64,000 nucleotides of DNA. Source: an uncultured Rivularia sp. (GTDB taxonomy: Bacteria; Cyanobacteriota; Cyanobacteriia; Cyanobacteriales; Nostocaceae). Positions 1 through 12,112 of this stretch are shown here, piece by piece. The stretch lies in the NCBI GenBank assembly GCA_963665115.1, contig OY762007.1:96001-160000 (forward strand), in the 5' to 3' direction. Each line of letters opens with the position of its first letter. Position 1 is the stretch's first letter. The position numbers and the translations under genes are program-made. A model generated the notes under the pieces. It was not told the origin of the DNA and did not search any database. It worked only from the letters and a program-made list of their open reading frames with translations.

Positions 1-32
1 CTATTGTCAACAGAAAATATAACTGAAGAAGA

Positions 33-140
33 GGGAGTAGGGAGTAGGGAGTAGGAAGTAGGAAGTAGGGAGTAGTAAGTAGGGAGTAGGGAGTAGGGAG
101 TAGGGAGTAGTAAGTAGAAAGTAGGAAGTAGGGAGTAGGG
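33..140. repeat. Short tandemly repeated repetitive (STRR) heptamer run, GGGAGTA-like
   Basis: Tandem gggagta/ggaagta units; STRRs are typical of heterocystous cyanobacteria. Confidence 0.9.
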
Positions 141-360
141 AATATTCTCAAAGTAGCATCCCAAATTTTAATTTTGTAGTGCGTTAGCGTTCACGCGGAG
201 CGTGCGGCTCAGCGTGTCTGAAAGACAAGCATCTTGCTCGCTATATGTCTCAAGCGATCAAGATGTTTGCGCTTCGCGCACACTGCGTTAACGCACTAAC
301 TGCGGATTTTTCAACAATTAGGATGCTCCCAATTCCCAATCCCCAATCCCCAATCCCCAA

Positions 361-933
361 TTAAACTTCTAATTCAATTTCATATCCCAATCTTTTTGCG
401 AGAGAAATTTTATAAACATCACCTTGATTCATTTCTCCCGGCTCTTTCATTTGAGTTAAAGCGGTAACTACTTCATCTGAGTTTGCTGTGAGGATAACTA
501 CGGGTTGATTGCAAGCTATAGGAAAATCATGCCAAGTACCCAGATACAATAAAAGTCCGTGCCCAGGAGGAAAACGTAGCGCTTTTACTTGGGATAAATC
601 CGGTAAATATTGATTGTTTTGATGAGTTGGTGGTGACAAAACCATAATAAAAGGAGATTGCCCCAAAGCGATAAACATTTGCGTCATGTACATATGACGT
701 TCTAACCAGGTTACTGTTGGATAACCCGGCATTATTTTCGCAGTTCTAAAAGTTGCATCGCCGCGATAGGTAAAGTCTATATTTTCACCTTCTAATACTC
801 TTCCTTGATAAAAAGGTATTCCCAATCCCGGTTTACTGACATCATCACCTAGTAAATGTCCGTAAGGTTTAATGTTTTCCGAATTGGCATCAATTACAGG
901 AATTGTTAAAGTTTGAGTTTGAGAAATATTCAT
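361..933 (-). CDS. Ureidoglycolate lyase/hydrolase family (cupin) protein
   Basis: 190 aa with LERH..TQ.F and GTWH motifs of AllA-like cupins; next to a PuuE-like gene. Confidence 0.7.
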   Translation of the reverse strand: MNISQTQTLTIPVIDANSENIKPYGHLLGDDVSKPGLGIPFYQGRVLEGENIDFTYRGDATFRTAKIMPGYPTVTWLERHMYMTQMFIALGQSPFIMVLSPPTHQNNQYLPDLSQVKALRFPPGHGLLLYLGTWHDFPIACNQPVVILTANSDEVVTALTQMKEPGEMNQGDVYKISLAKRLGYEIELEV

Positions 934-1135
934 AGGAATTTTAGATTTTGGGTTTTAGATTTTAACAACGGATACTTTTTTGCATATTGTATTATAAATC
1001 GCAAAACCTCACCCTGTCCTTACGGACATCCCTCTCCTTAGTAAGGAGAGGGAAAGATTTACAATAGGTAAATCGAGGGCGAGTTTTTTTGATAAGTGCA
1101 TTATCGATAGCTAATAATTGATAATTGATAATTGT

Positions 1136-1987
1136 TCATTGATTAATCACTGATTCACATATTTGTTCTCCCGTAGTTATCCAGGTGTCGGGTTGATTTT
1201 TTATGTTCATTAAACATTCTTTTAAATATTTTAACCGCATGGGTTGACCGACTATAAATGGATGCAAACCAATTGCCATTACTCGCGTTTGCGATTCTCC
1301 TTCTTGCCACAATTGATAAAATTGGTCTTCTATGGCTTTAGCAAATTCTGCACCGGAAAAACGGTTGCTCAAACATAAGGTGATATCGTTGGCTTCTATG
1401 GTATAAGGAATAGCTAATAAACGTCCATCTGGAACGGGATACCAATAAGGTTGGTCGTCATTTACCCAATCTGCTGTATATTTAATTCCGGCTGAATGTA
1501 ATAATTCAAATGTTGATTCTGTAATCGAAAATCCCGGTGTTAACCAACCTTTCGGAGTTTTGCCTGTGGCTTGTTTAAGTAATGTTAAAGTTTTACTTAT
1601 AGTATCGGTTTCTGCTTCTCTATCCATGCCACTATGACCTGTAGAATTATTAATTCCATGTGCCATTATTTCCCAGTTGTGAGAAAGCATTGCTTCCATA
1701 ATTTCCGGATATAGCGTGCAAATTTCGCCGTTGACTGCTGCGGTGACGGGAATTTCTAATTCGGCAAATAAATCGAATAAACGCCAGATACCAACTCTAT
1801 TTCCATAATCTCGCCAGCCGTAGTTAGCAATTTCTGGATAACTATTTAAGTGAGGTTGAATTGCCGTTCCTATTTTACCAAATGTAAAATGTTCAACGTT
1901 CATTACTATCCATACGGCAACTCTAGGATTTGATGGTAACTTTAATTCTGGACGTTGGGAAATTGGTTGAAAAGATGGAGGAAGCAT
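1136..1987 (-). CDS. Polysaccharide deacetylase family protein (PuuE/allantoinase-like)
   Basis: NVEHF, DYGNRVGIWR, EIMAHG, GWLTPG, DDQPYW and IGLHPFIVG motifs. Confidence 0.85.
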   Translation of the reverse strand: MLPPSFQPISQRPELKLPSNPRVAVWIVMNVEHFTFGKIGTAIQPHLNSYPEIANYGWRDYGNRVGIWRLFDLFAELEIPVTAAVNGEICTLYPEIMEAMLSHNWEIMAHGINNSTGHSGMDREAETDTISKTLTLLKQATGKTPKGWLTPGFSITESTFELLHSAGIKYTADWVNDDQPYWYPVPDGRLLAIPYTIEANDITLCLSNRFSGAEFAKAIEDQFYQLWQEGESQTRVMAIGLHPFIVGQPMRLKYLKECLMNIKNQPDTWITTGEQICESVINQ

Positions 1988-2062
1988 ATTTGAGTTAGGA
2001 GTTAGGAGTTAGAAGTTGGGAGTTGAGAGTTAGGAGTTAGGAGTTGATTATTATCTAGGTTT

Positions 2063-2170
2063 TATAGTCATTCCAATTAATTTCCGTAGTGCGAGCATCT
2101 TGCTCGCTAGTACCGAGCGAGCAAGATGCTCGCACTACAAATCAATCGGTTTCTATTTAGAATTGCTATA
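2063..2170. mobile_element. MITE-like element carrying a GTAGTGCGAGCATCTTGCTCGC palindrome pair
   Basis: Imperfect terminal inverted repeats TATAGTCATTCCAAT...ATTTAGAATTGCTATA; internal inverted REP-like pair at ~2087-2138. Confidence 0.55.
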
Positions 2171-2636
2171 CTCGCTACTCCCTATTATTTATTGCTCTTA
2201 ACCGTGGGTTTCTTAAAATTTAGCAAATAAAATTTTGTACATTATACAATATCAAATTATTCACCACCAAAAAAAGTCATCTTTTATCCACACAGCGTAC
2301 TTATTTGTTTTGTTTTTGGGGTTTACACAAGTTTTGTCATTATTGATAATTAATCTGTTCTATCAGGAAATTAAAAAAAAATTATTCATTGATTGAGGCA
2401 TAACAGTTTATATGTCAATTTACTATGTCTGCATTAGATCTATTGCCGTACTATTTTATACTAAAATGCGCCCTGTTTAAATTCTCTGGCTCACTCGATA
2501 TCATGGCGTTAGGAAGAGCTAAGCGTTAACAAAGTGTGTAGAGGACACCTGTTAACCCAGCTACTATTAGGTGCAGCAACACACTATACTATGCAAAATT
2601 GTTACTGCAATCAAACCATTTAATAAGACTACAAAC

Positions 2637-3677
2637 TTAGGACATCAGGCTAAATTCCATCACCGTTAAGCTTGTTCCTGTAGGAATGACTTTTTCTAAT
2701 TTAAAACCACTAGCTTCCAATAAATCCTTATATTCTTCTTCCGTGCGCCAGTAACCCCCTGGATTTGTAATCATCATCTGTACGGCAGCTAAAGCTGGCA
2801 TAGTTCCATCGGGATATTCTACAGGGGCACCAAGAGCAGGAACTAAGGTTTGTATCAGTATCAACTTACCATCTTTCGGGAGAGCTTCCTTACAGTTAGT
2901 GAGTACCTTAATTGAATTTTCTTTACTAAACACTGACAGAAAATACTTCATTACAATGGCATCGGCACCTTTTGGCAAGGATTCCAAAGCACTCCCACCA
3001 ACAACTTTTACCGCACCATTAACTCCATATTTAGAAAGGTTATCAGGAGCAGTTTTTACTTCCGACGGCAAGTCAAACAAAATACCCTTACAGCCGAATC
3101 TCTTGACAATACTTGCAATTAATGTGCCTTGATTTCCTCCTACATCCATCACTGTCTCAAAACTACCAAAATCATAAGTTTCAAATAATGAATCAACAGC
3201 TTCATTAGTTAAAAAACTCATGGCATTGTTGAACAGGTTTTTACTGTTGGGATTCTGTGTCATATAGGAACTATAAAAATCCTCACCTTTAGCCAATTCA
3301 AAAGGCACTTCTCCCGTCTTTAAACCGTTTTCCAATTCCCTCCAACCATCCCACATATTAGGTTCTGTAATGTGCATTAAGAAATCACCAATAGATGGGG
3401 AACCATTATTAATCAGAAGTTCTGATAATTCTGTAGAAGCAAAAACCCGTCCTGGTTTTTCTTGGAATACACCTAAATGAGCTAAAGCACGCAACACAAC
3501 ATAAAGTTTTTCCACTTTAGTTCCAGTTTTTTCTGCTATTGCCTCAACAGTTTGAGGCCCATCTTGTAACAAGTTTGGGATACCTAAATTTGTCGCGACA
3601 TAAACGCACTGACTTTGCCAGTAACCGTAGATAATTCTGTAAATTTTCTTCTTAGATTCCGATGCAGAGCCTAGCAT
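2637..3677 (-). CDS. O-methyltransferase (dimerisation domain + Methyltransf_2)
   Basis: N-terminal winged-helix dimerisation region; VMDVGGNQG SAM-binding motif; RT..EY..LL..SGF C-terminal motif. Confidence 0.9.
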   Translation of the reverse strand: MLGSASESKKKIYRIIYGYWQSQCVYVATNLGIPNLLQDGPQTVEAIAEKTGTKVEKLYVVLRALAHLGVFQEKPGRVFASTELSELLINNGSPSIGDFLMHITEPNMWDGWRELENGLKTGEVPFELAKGEDFYSSYMTQNPNSKNLFNNAMSFLTNEAVDSLFETYDFGSFETVMDVGGNQGTLIASIVKRFGCKGILFDLPSEVKTAPDNLSKYGVNGAVKVVGGSALESLPKGADAIVMKYFLSVFSKENSIKVLTNCKEALPKDGKLILIQTLVPALGAPVEYPDGTMPALAAVQMMITNPGGYWRTEEEYKDLLEASGFKLEKVIPTGTSLTVMEFSLMS

Positions 3678-4159
3678 AATTAATTCCCCAAAAAAAATTA
3701 ATCTTATTTTAAACTATTATTCAAGCCTTCTGCTAATACTTTTAAATTTGGTTGCTTTACGAATGAATAATGACTGGAAGGAACCATAATTAGCTGGATA
3801 TCAGCAGCATCTAAGATTGCATACAATTATACCTAAATCAACCGGCGCATTTCGCGTTTTAACCACCGTGTCATTAAATTAAACTGAATAGGAATACCAG
3901 TCTTTTTTATTGATAAAATTGCAGTATTTATACGAAATACATTGTACTAATTTTCATAGTTAATTGTATTCAACGAACTTGTTCAACGGGTTGCGATACC
4001 AGTATATTCACCAACTTCTTTTGCCACTAGTAACAACGTCTTTTACAATTAGAGAGAGAAGTTGAATGGGAGATGTTCTTTCGGCAAACTTTCTCGTACC
4101 AGATTTTAGATTGTCGGCTTGTTTCGATCGGAAGCTGAGAAATTGTAAATTTTAGATAT

Positions 4160-4783
4160 CTACTTATCTCCGACTATACAGACAAATTGTTCTTTAGGTT
4201 GAGAATTCATAATCCACTGAATATTCTTAAAACCTATTGCTTTCATCAAATGTTTTACTTCTTCAATGTCATACACCTGAAAACCATGTTTGGGTAGAGT
4301 TGTTTGTTTCAGAAATCCCTTACAATTAAAACAAATAACTAATGAACCGTTTTCTTCTAGAATTTGATGCAGTTGAGTTAAAGTTTGTTTGACATCCGAC
4401 CAAAAATAGATAGTATTAACCGTGCAAATTTTAGTAAATTTGCTGTCAAAAGAGGCTTTATTTACAGTATTGCTACATTCTAGTTTTAATTTGCCTCTAT
4501 TTATCTCTGAAGCAAAACGCTTTCGACAAAAATCAACCATTTCCGGAGAAACATCTATACCAGCAACAGATTTTACTCCCGGATTTCTCAGAATGTTATA
4601 AAGTAAATAACCTCCACCAAAACCGAATTCCAAAACGCGCTCATCTGCGGATTCTAGATTCAACATTCTTAATGCAAGTTTGTTCATGGCAGCATTGTCT
4701 CTATTTAAAATCCGAGAAATAATTTGCTTACCAAACCATCCTGAAGGCTGACGAAGTTGTGATGCGAAAAATTCACTAATCAT
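4160..4783 (-). CDS. Class I SAM-dependent methyltransferase
   Basis: VLEFGFGGG, GIDVSPEM and TVNTIYFW motifs. Confidence 0.85.
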   Translation of the reverse strand: MISEFFASQLRQPSGWFGKQIISRILNRDNAAMNKLALRMLNLESADERVLEFGFGGGYLLYNILRNPGVKSVAGIDVSPEMVDFCRKRFASEINRGKLKLECSNTVNKASFDSKFTKICTVNTIYFWSDVKQTLTQLHQILEENGSLVICFNCKGFLKQTTLPKHGFQVYDIEEVKHLMKAIGFKNIQWIMNSQPKEQFVCIVGDK

Positions 4784-5121
4784 TATTTTCTGAACCTAAC
4801 TATTTTTGATCGCAATTCAAAAATGGACAATTTCCGGCAGACAAAATTAAGGAATCACACTAATCTGGACTGTACATACAGTTGCAAGATCAATTATTCC
4901 GGAGTCATTTGATTAAGATTAAGTTAAGAAAATCAGCCTGATATAAACTTTGAAATAAATTAAATGACTTATATCTTCAGCCCTCTCAAGATCACTGAAG
5001 ATGTAATGGTTGGTTATAATGATTTGGATTTAGTTGGTTTTGAAGAGACTTTGGCTTATGCAGCCCTAGAATTAATTTCAAGGTGGCGATCGCCCTCAGC
5101 TTTAACTTCGTTACATAGCAA

Positions 5122-5887
5122 TTAAGATTCTCCTTCACCTTGCTTTTCAATAGCTTGTCTAACAACTTCAACTTCTAATTCGAGTGCTTGAGCAATTTGT
5201 TCTACACTTAATCCCATTTTTAACAAACGAGGAGCTACTTCAAGCTTAACTTCCTGATAAAATCTAGTTTGCTGCCATTCGGTTAATCCAAACATCGCTT
5301 CTAACTCCTGTCTACTTTGATTTGAGAATTTATAAATCAACATCCTTTCTACCAATTCTAAAAGCTGACTACGGTTTGTAACATCTGCTTGTTGGACTTT
5401 GTTGATTAAGTTTCTTGCTACTTGTACTGCTTCGTCTTCCGGAGCAACTACTAAACCAATAATCCCTAACCCAATTGAGGAAGAAGTATCGGCTAATTCA
5501 TCCAGATAAATTATTTTAATTTGCCCATTAGATAGTGAGGTTTGATACGCAATGGGGATACCTGGATCGAGGCTACGTTTTGCTCACAGAAACTACAGCC
5601 TGCCAAGGCTTTTCTGGTCTATATTGATTTAAATAAACAAATGCTTCGGTGATTAATCGCCAGTATAAATCATCATCGCGCTGATATTGTACTTCTACAA
5701 AATATATTGGTTCTTGTGGGAATTCGGGTTTCGGTAAAAATAAACCGTCAATTCGCCGCGAGAGTTCTTTTATTTCCACAGAGGAAAATTCGTAATGCAA
5801 AGCTTGTGTAGGAGATTGTTCGAGTAGTTCAAATAATACGCTGGGGAGGTTTTGTAGCAGAGTATAGAAGATGGTATCTGTTTTCAT
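5122..5887 (-). pseudogene. Rpn/DUF2887 PD-(D/E)XK nuclease family gene, disrupted near 5585-5595
   Basis: MKTDTIFY..SVEIKE..RIDGLF..YFVEVQYQ N-half and ..EAMFGLTEWQQTRFYQEV C-half lie in different frames. Removing the extra T still leaves TGA at an expected Trp codon. Confidence 0.7.
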
Positions 5888-5961
5888 CTATTGCCGCTTT
5901 TGAGTCAATAGTAGAGCATAAGTATTATATGATAATGTAATGTTAATTTTTTATTCTATAT

Positions 5962-6300
5962 TTATTTACCATCGGATATTTCAACACTATCAACAGCAGA
6001 AGATTCAACTAATTTATTCGATTTATACAAAAGCTTAAAGTTTTGAAATAACATTGCTCCACCCGTGAATAACATCCATAGTAAACCTAAGCCATTCAGT
6101 AGTACATAAACTGGTTCTAAAGTTTTTCCTAAATATTCACCTTCATGGAGAACCATTAAAAAATGAACTTGATTTCGAGATAGTCCGAACCAATCTTTGG
6201 AAATGCGATAAATAACTCCTGTTGAAACCGTGATTAATAATGGAAGTATGACAATTGGAGCAATGGTGAGGTGTAATTTTCTTAATAGTTGCTTTTTCAT
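5962..6300 (-). CDS. PepSY-associated TM-helix small membrane protein
   Basis: LRKLH..TG, LH.G and LL..TG motifs with hydrophobic helices. Confidence 0.7.
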   Translation of the reverse strand: MKKQLLRKLHLTIAPIVILPLLITVSTGVIYRISKDWFGLSRNQVHFLMVLHEGEYLGKTLEPVYVLLNGLGLLWMLFTGGAMLFQNFKLLYKSNKLVESSAVDSVEISDGK

Positions 6301-6666
6301 GATTCAACTCGGATATATTATTTTTGGAATCATTGTAAATAGAATTGGAAACAAAAAGCGATTTATATCTTATCTATTGCACTATTATCAACACCACCTT
6401 AGAATAAATTCTTGCGCTGCATAAACCTTCGTCTGATAAATCTCACATATTGCACTATTCTCAACGCCGCCTTGGAATAAATTCCCAGGCTAAAACGCAA
6501 AGTCAGATAAATCAGACTGAGTATCGCTTTTAGTACGTTTTAACGTACTTTGTATATTAGCCTTGAAATTAATTTCTCTGCGTTCACGCGGAGCGTGCGG
6601 GCTAGAAAGCCTCCGGCTTACAAGGTGGGGATTTAAACTTAACAACAATGGTGCAAGATATTAGCT

Positions 6667-8065
6667 TTATTCTACTTCTCCATTACCAGGAATTGGAAAA
6701 TCTTCTGCTGAGTAGTTTTTATTGGCATAATTGATAGCACGCTGAATTGTTTTTTCCATCCCAGGTATAAATACAGCATGAATATCGCCAGTTTGAGAAT
6801 CTATTCTTCTCAAAATATGAGTTGTTTTGACACCTTTATTTTTAAGTTTGAAAAAAGTATATTCTTCTATTGTCTCTTGTTCTATTCCTTCTATTAAAGG
6901 TAATTCTTGAGATAAACGAACTGCTCCAATACCTTGAATTAATGCTTCTTGTAAGTCGTTATATTCTTCCTCTAAAATCCATTGAGTTTGCCATTCGCTG
7001 GGATGAATTGCTCCATATTTTTCTGGTAAATAAGTGCCATTATATGCATAAGCAATAAATCCATCTGCGAATTCTATAGCTGTTTCTCCTTCCCCATGAA
7101 GTTGGTTATCTTCATTTACCAAGATTTTTGTTGGGCGATCGCAAATAATACACAGATTATCCACACCTAAAATCCAGCCGCAATATTTTACTAAACCTTG
7201 TAAAGCAGACCATTTTTGCGATTTGTGGGGATAATTGAGTACTGAAATCGCAAAATCAAGCCAAATACAAGAGATTGAACAGCTAGAGGTAATTACGGGA
7301 GGATTTTCTAATAAAAACTTTTGTTCGGAAGGGGATAATCCAGGAATAATTAATTCTCTAAATTTAGGATGTTCTACCCCAGAAATTTTTGCGATTAAAC
7401 TACTTTGGAGCATCTGCTTGAGCCATCCTTTAAATAGCAATTCTTTACCGGGAATCCAACCTAATTGTTGATCGAGCGCTTCTGCTGTCATACCAAAGGA
7501 TTCTTGCCATTCTTCTGGTTGTTTATTCTCCATTATCCTTGAGAATCCAGGTTCTCCTTGACGAGTCATTTGTTTTTTCAAATTATCGAAAAGTGGAGAT
7601 GCTCCAAGGAAAGATTGTTCGACAACATCATAAGTACTCAAATCTTCGGGAAGACAGTTTTCAATATGTTTTTCCAGAGATTTATAGGGTTCTGTAGAAA
7701 CTTGTGCTAGCAAATCGTGAAGCGGTTTTGTTCCAGCATTTTGCTGTTTATTAATAATTTTGATTGTTTCCCAAGCTGCTCTAGCAAATTGAAAAAAATT
7801 GTTTTGGACTTCTTCTCGTAAGGGTTGAGGACTTTCTGGAGGAGTTTCCACATAAGATTGAAGCCGCTCTAAAGCAGCACGGGGACTACTACAGAAAATC
7901 ACCTCTGGTTTCTGCTTTCCCCATGACAGCGTAAGCACCTTGTACTGCTGCCTTTGCTCGATTCCGCTCAATCGGTTGAGTTGATAGATAAATACGTTTC
8001 CATTTCTCCTGATATTCAGGAATTAAAGCTTCTTGCTCCGGTGTAAGAAAATGAATTCGTGTCAT
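6667..8065 (-). CDS. DUF6745-like hypothetical protein (one +1 frameshift near 7920)
   Basis: Upstream frame MTRIHFLTPEQEALIPEYQEKW..AYAVMG joins GKQKPEVIFCSSP after one G is removed; C-terminal CDRP..LHGEG..AIEFADG..YAYNG motif. Confidence 0.65.
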
Positions 8066-8437
8066 TTCACTATTTGGTAGATATCTGAACGCTTACGATT
8101 ATTGTTCCCGGAAATAAATTGAAAATTACTATTAGAACTATCTCTTTCTACTTCTTTCCTCCGCGCTCTCCGCGTCTCTGCGGTTTTATAATCTGCAATC
8201 TTTTAGCACTTTGTAAAGTTTTCACGTAAATCGGACTTCTTTCAGTAATTTAACTATTGTTTTTGTATTTTAAAATGACTAGTACAGTAAGGCGTAAATA
8301 AAGCACCCATTTAAAAAGTTTGAAAGCCTTATCATATAATACTTTTTACTTCTTACTTTTGACTTTTTACTTCCGCGCAGCGGTACTAGGTGATTATAGT
8401 TAATTTTTCGGACATCATATAGATTAAAAATAAAATC

Positions 8438-9361
8438 ATGACAAAAATGCAGAAGAAGTCATATTCAACATTTGGGAAAAAGTTAATTTTACAAGTCTCT
8501 CCACTTGTCGCTACCTCGATGTTAGCAAGTTCACCTGCTTTAGCTGCAACTTTTGCTGGTTCCTTTGGGGATTTAATATTTACAAATTTCAATCGAGAAA
8601 ACGCAGCATTTGAAGCGATTAATGATGCTAATGCTTCTGCTGAAACTAATGCGGATGATAGCATAGCAGATTTTCGGAACTTTTCGAGAACCAATGCTGA
8701 ACCAACTCCATTAGAAATATCTAATATTGCAGAAAGTTTGGTATTTGGTGAGGGTTCAAGCTATAACGCTTCTGCGGAAACCATGCCAAGATTTTTTGCT
8801 AATTTTGATGTAAGTCGCAACGATACTTTATCATTTGACTTTACAACTATTCTTGATTTGGAAGCTTCTGTAGACAAACCAGGAGTTGAAACAGCGAGTG
8901 CTGCGGGAGATATTGCTTTTTATCTTTTGGATACAACTGGTATTTCTACAGAAAATCGGTTTGATTTTCTCAATTCAACACAATTAGAAGCGAATCAGAT
9001 TGGTCAAAATAATATATTAGAATTCTTTACCCTTGCAGCCAATATTGATGCTTTAGGTAAAAAGAATTTTTTTAATAACACTAAGAGTCCAAATATTAAT
9101 CTTACCAGTGATTTCAGTAATTATAGTGTCGAAGAAATTAATGATTTAGGTAGAAGTCAAGCGTTTAGTACTTCTCTTTTTGAGGGTTCTGTAGAAAGGT
9201 TTTTTGAAGAAGATAGAAATATCACTTTATTAGCGTTTAAAAATACAAAATCTAATGTCAAAGTTCCCGAATCTGGAACTAGTTTATGGTCGGTTTTATT
9301 TACATTTTTGATTTCTCTAGGTGTTAAACTAAGAAGTAAAGCTGAGAAAAAGTCTTTTTAA
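8438..9361 (+). CDS. Secreted PEP-CTERM-like surface protein
   Basis: Signal peptide ending SPALA; C-terminal VPES + hydrophobic helix + basic tail. Confidence 0.7.
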   Translation: MTKMQKKSYSTFGKKLILQVSPLVATSMLASSPALAATFAGSFGDLIFTNFNRENAAFEAINDANASAETNADDSIADFRNFSRTNAEPTPLEISNIAESLVFGEGSSYNASAETMPRFFANFDVSRNDTLSFDFTTILDLEASVDKPGVETASAAGDIAFYLLDTTGISTENRFDFLNSTQLEANQIGQNNILEFFTLAANIDALGKKNFFNNTKSPNINLTSDFSNYSVEEINDLGRSQAFSTSLFEGSVERFFEEDRNITLLAFKNTKSNVKVPESGTSLWSVLFTFLISLGVKLRSKAEKKSF

Positions 9362-9596
9362 GAAGCATGAACTTTGGGGATAATCTCGAATTTTTAATTT
9401 TGTAGTTCGAGCAAGATGCTCGCTAAGGCTACCGAGCCAGCAAGATGCTGGCACTAACAACTAAATATTTTTGGTTATTCAACACTTAGTATGCTTAACT
9501 AACATCTTAAATGCCAATTAAGTAAACATCAACCAGGAATAGATAAACGCATTTATGGTGGTATCCTAGATTCGGCACCCTCGACCATAATCATCA

Positions 9597-10145
9597 TCAG
9601 TTCCCCATTGCCAGCAGGTAGTGTAATAAAGCCATAAAGTCTGAAGACTCATCGAAGAAAGCACGACATTTTTTCTCCCTCTTCCATTCCGACTCTCCTG
9701 TGTCAAGCGTCGGAAAATCCGGGATGACATGAAAACCAACGCTGACGACATATTCAACATAATTTGAACTGTTGGTTAAAGCTGTATTCAACCAAGAAAT
9801 TAAATAAAAATTCCCGTTTTTACCTACCAAGTAGTTTTTGTTTTCAATAGGATATTTGCCTGTTAAAACTTCTTGAAAAATAGCTTGACTCGTTTCTACT
9901 TGTTCTGGAATCATACATAAATCCCAAATGCATTTACCTTTGACTCCATCGAGATTAGAACCAACTATGAATCCGCAAGCTTCATTAAAGCAAACTATTC
10001 GACCTAGCCTGTCTTGCACAATTACTAAAACATCAGGATCGTTTATTACAGCTTTGCAAAATTTATGATTTCCTGCAAAGGTTTTAACAAGCGATTTAAT
10101 TTGATCTTCTACTGCAAATAACTTCTCCGAATTTCGGTCTAACAT
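9597..10145 (-). CDS. PAS domain protein, possibly C-terminally truncated
   Basis: D..GRIVCFNEAC..I.G...V.GK.IWD PAS signature; ends in the start of a second PAS-like segment. Confidence 0.7.
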   Translation of the reverse strand: MLDRNSEKLFAVEDQIKSLVKTFAGNHKFCKAVINDPDVLVIVQDRLGRIVCFNEACGFIVGSNLDGVKGKCIWDLCMIPEQVETSQAIFQEVLTGKYPIENKNYLVGKNGNFYLISWLNTALTNSSNYVEYVVSVGFHVIPDFPTLDTGESEWKREKKCRAFFDESSDFMALLHYLLAMGN

Positions 10146-10405
10146 TATTTTTAAAGATAATTTTATTTATCGCGGATTTTCCGGATATCACCTTAAACCT
10201 ATATTGCTCAAATATATTCTTCTTTGCACAACGTTAGAAAGTTCGGCAAGCAATCCGCCAGTCTCAGCGCAATTAATCTTCTACAAATAGATTTCAACCA
10301 GGGAATTTAAACTTTGCTATCAAAAATAATAGATTTGTTACCCAATTCCTGTCTGTACGCCAACGAATATACATAAAATTAAAAAAATATTGCAATAATA
10401 TCGAT

Positions 10406-11128
10406 CTAATTCTTAAACACGCCAAGCAAACGCCTATAGTCCTGTTTGATTATGTTGTAGCACTCGCAAGCGGTTGTTTCTAAAGCATGGCGATCGCATA
10501 TGCTAATATGACCGCGAACGTAGTGAATTATGCCTTTGTCTTGAAGAATGCCAGCTGCCACAGAAACGCCAGCACGACGAACCCCCAGCATATAGGCGAT
10601 AAATTCCTGAGTCAGCGGTATATCCTCTTGCTCCAAGGAGTCTCGCACGGAAAGCAACCACCGAGCCAGTCTTTGCTCAATGGGATGGTGGCTATTGCAG
10701 GCAACATTTAGCGAAATCTGAGTAAACATAGCTTGAGTGTAGAGCAGCAGCAGTTTTGTCAGTTCGCCGTGTAGTAAGCACTCACTTTTAAATGCCGAAG
10801 CATCTAAGGCGATCGCACTACCGCTAACTTGCGCTTGGATGGTGCTAGGTGAGGAATTTCCCCCCCAAAAAATAGGAAGTCCCACCATTCCTTCATTACC
10901 TACTAAAGCAACTTCAGTCGTCAAGCCATTCTCCATAATATAAACATTAGAAATCATTGCACTTACTGGAAAATAAACCAATTTAATTGCTTCTTCGGCT
11001 TCGTAAATAATTTCACCGGAAATGAAGGAGGTTTCTTTGAAATTGACAGCAAGACGTTGGTATTCTGGTTCTGATAAAGCCGCTAATAGTTTATTCTTTT
11101 GTCTGCCTTGATGATTTAAATCTAACAT
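10406..11128 (-). CDS. Crp/Fnr family transcriptional regulator
   Basis: VGNEGMVG, EQRLARWLL and LTQEFIAYMLGVRRAGVS helix-turn-helix. Confidence 0.9.
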   Translation of the reverse strand: MLDLNHQGRQKNKLLAALSEPEYQRLAVNFKETSFISGEIIYEAEEAIKLVYFPVSAMISNVYIMENGLTTEVALVGNEGMVGLPIFWGGNSSPSTIQAQVSGSAIALDASAFKSECLLHGELTKLLLLYTQAMFTQISLNVACNSHHPIEQRLARWLLSVRDSLEQEDIPLTQEFIAYMLGVRRAGVSVAAGILQDKGIIHYVRGHISICDRHALETTACECYNIIKQDYRRLLGVFKN

Positions 11129-11401
11129 TTTTATATTTCCTTAATTATAAGTAAACACTGACTACAGAAAAATTTCTCCTGTAAAAAAATATTTACCGTC
11201 ATTTTTGTTACAGCAACCTAAGTTTTTTAGCGTAAATAACCAGCAAAGAATAAACACGACAAAGGCTGCTAATCCATTCTCATTTATCCAAATACTGCTG
11301 CCCGTTCCCAACCATATTTTGTACACAAAAAAACCAGATTTTTTTTTAACTGTTCTTAAGTCAGTGTTTTTATTCTTATGGAAAGTTTTATTTTTCAGTG
11401 T

Positions 11402-11504
11402 TAAGCTGACGTGCAGCTAAATTTTATAAGGTAAAGAATTTGAACGATTGTAGTGCGGGCATCTTGCCCGCTTCTCATATACAAATTGAATACGCAACAG
11501 CTTA
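11402..11504. mobile_element. MITE-like element, copy 1 (TAAGCTG...CAGCTTA)
   Basis: 103 bp with terminal inverted repeats; near-identical copy at 19454-19578. Confidence 0.75.
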
Positions 11505-12112
11505 CTCCTTTATAGGTAGAAATGAACCTTCTTTATATCCAGCTTCAGACTTTATGTGAGGGGAAATTTATACTTTGCGATTGCTAGACGCAATTGAACA
11601 TCTAACGCAGATCTTAATAGCAAAGGGTTAAACATGATTAAAATCTTTATTCATCGTACATCTATATTTTATATCTGTATGCACGGTACCGCGCATATTC
11701 GCCTACATTTAATCAATAATTAAAGCCCTATGAGTAAATGCTATGAAAGAATATATTGCTTAGTATATAGGCTTAAAATACTTGCTATACAAGCATTAGC
11801 CACAAAAAACTACTTATTTTTATCGCTATAATTAGGCTAATATAAATGTTTTAATTCGGATTAATATTTATTTAACAATTAGCGAGTAGATACTCTCTTA
11901 AATGTTAATAAATATAATTGCAATAGATAATAAAAACGAGCAATATTTAATTTATAAAAAAGCTTTTTATTATATTAATAAATTGAAACAATCTTGCCAA
12001 GGTCTGTTAAACCAATTAGCAATAATGTTTGGCGATGGAAATTTAGAATCCGACACCAAAAAACTCTACTAACAGAAGTAGAGGAATTAACCGCAATAAT
12101 TTGTTCAACAGC

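Noticed and set aside
11205..11420. 71-aa ORF between the crp genes, and other short antisense ORFs in the track
   Set aside because: Non-ATG starts or overlap with well-supported genes on the opposite strand; no protein features
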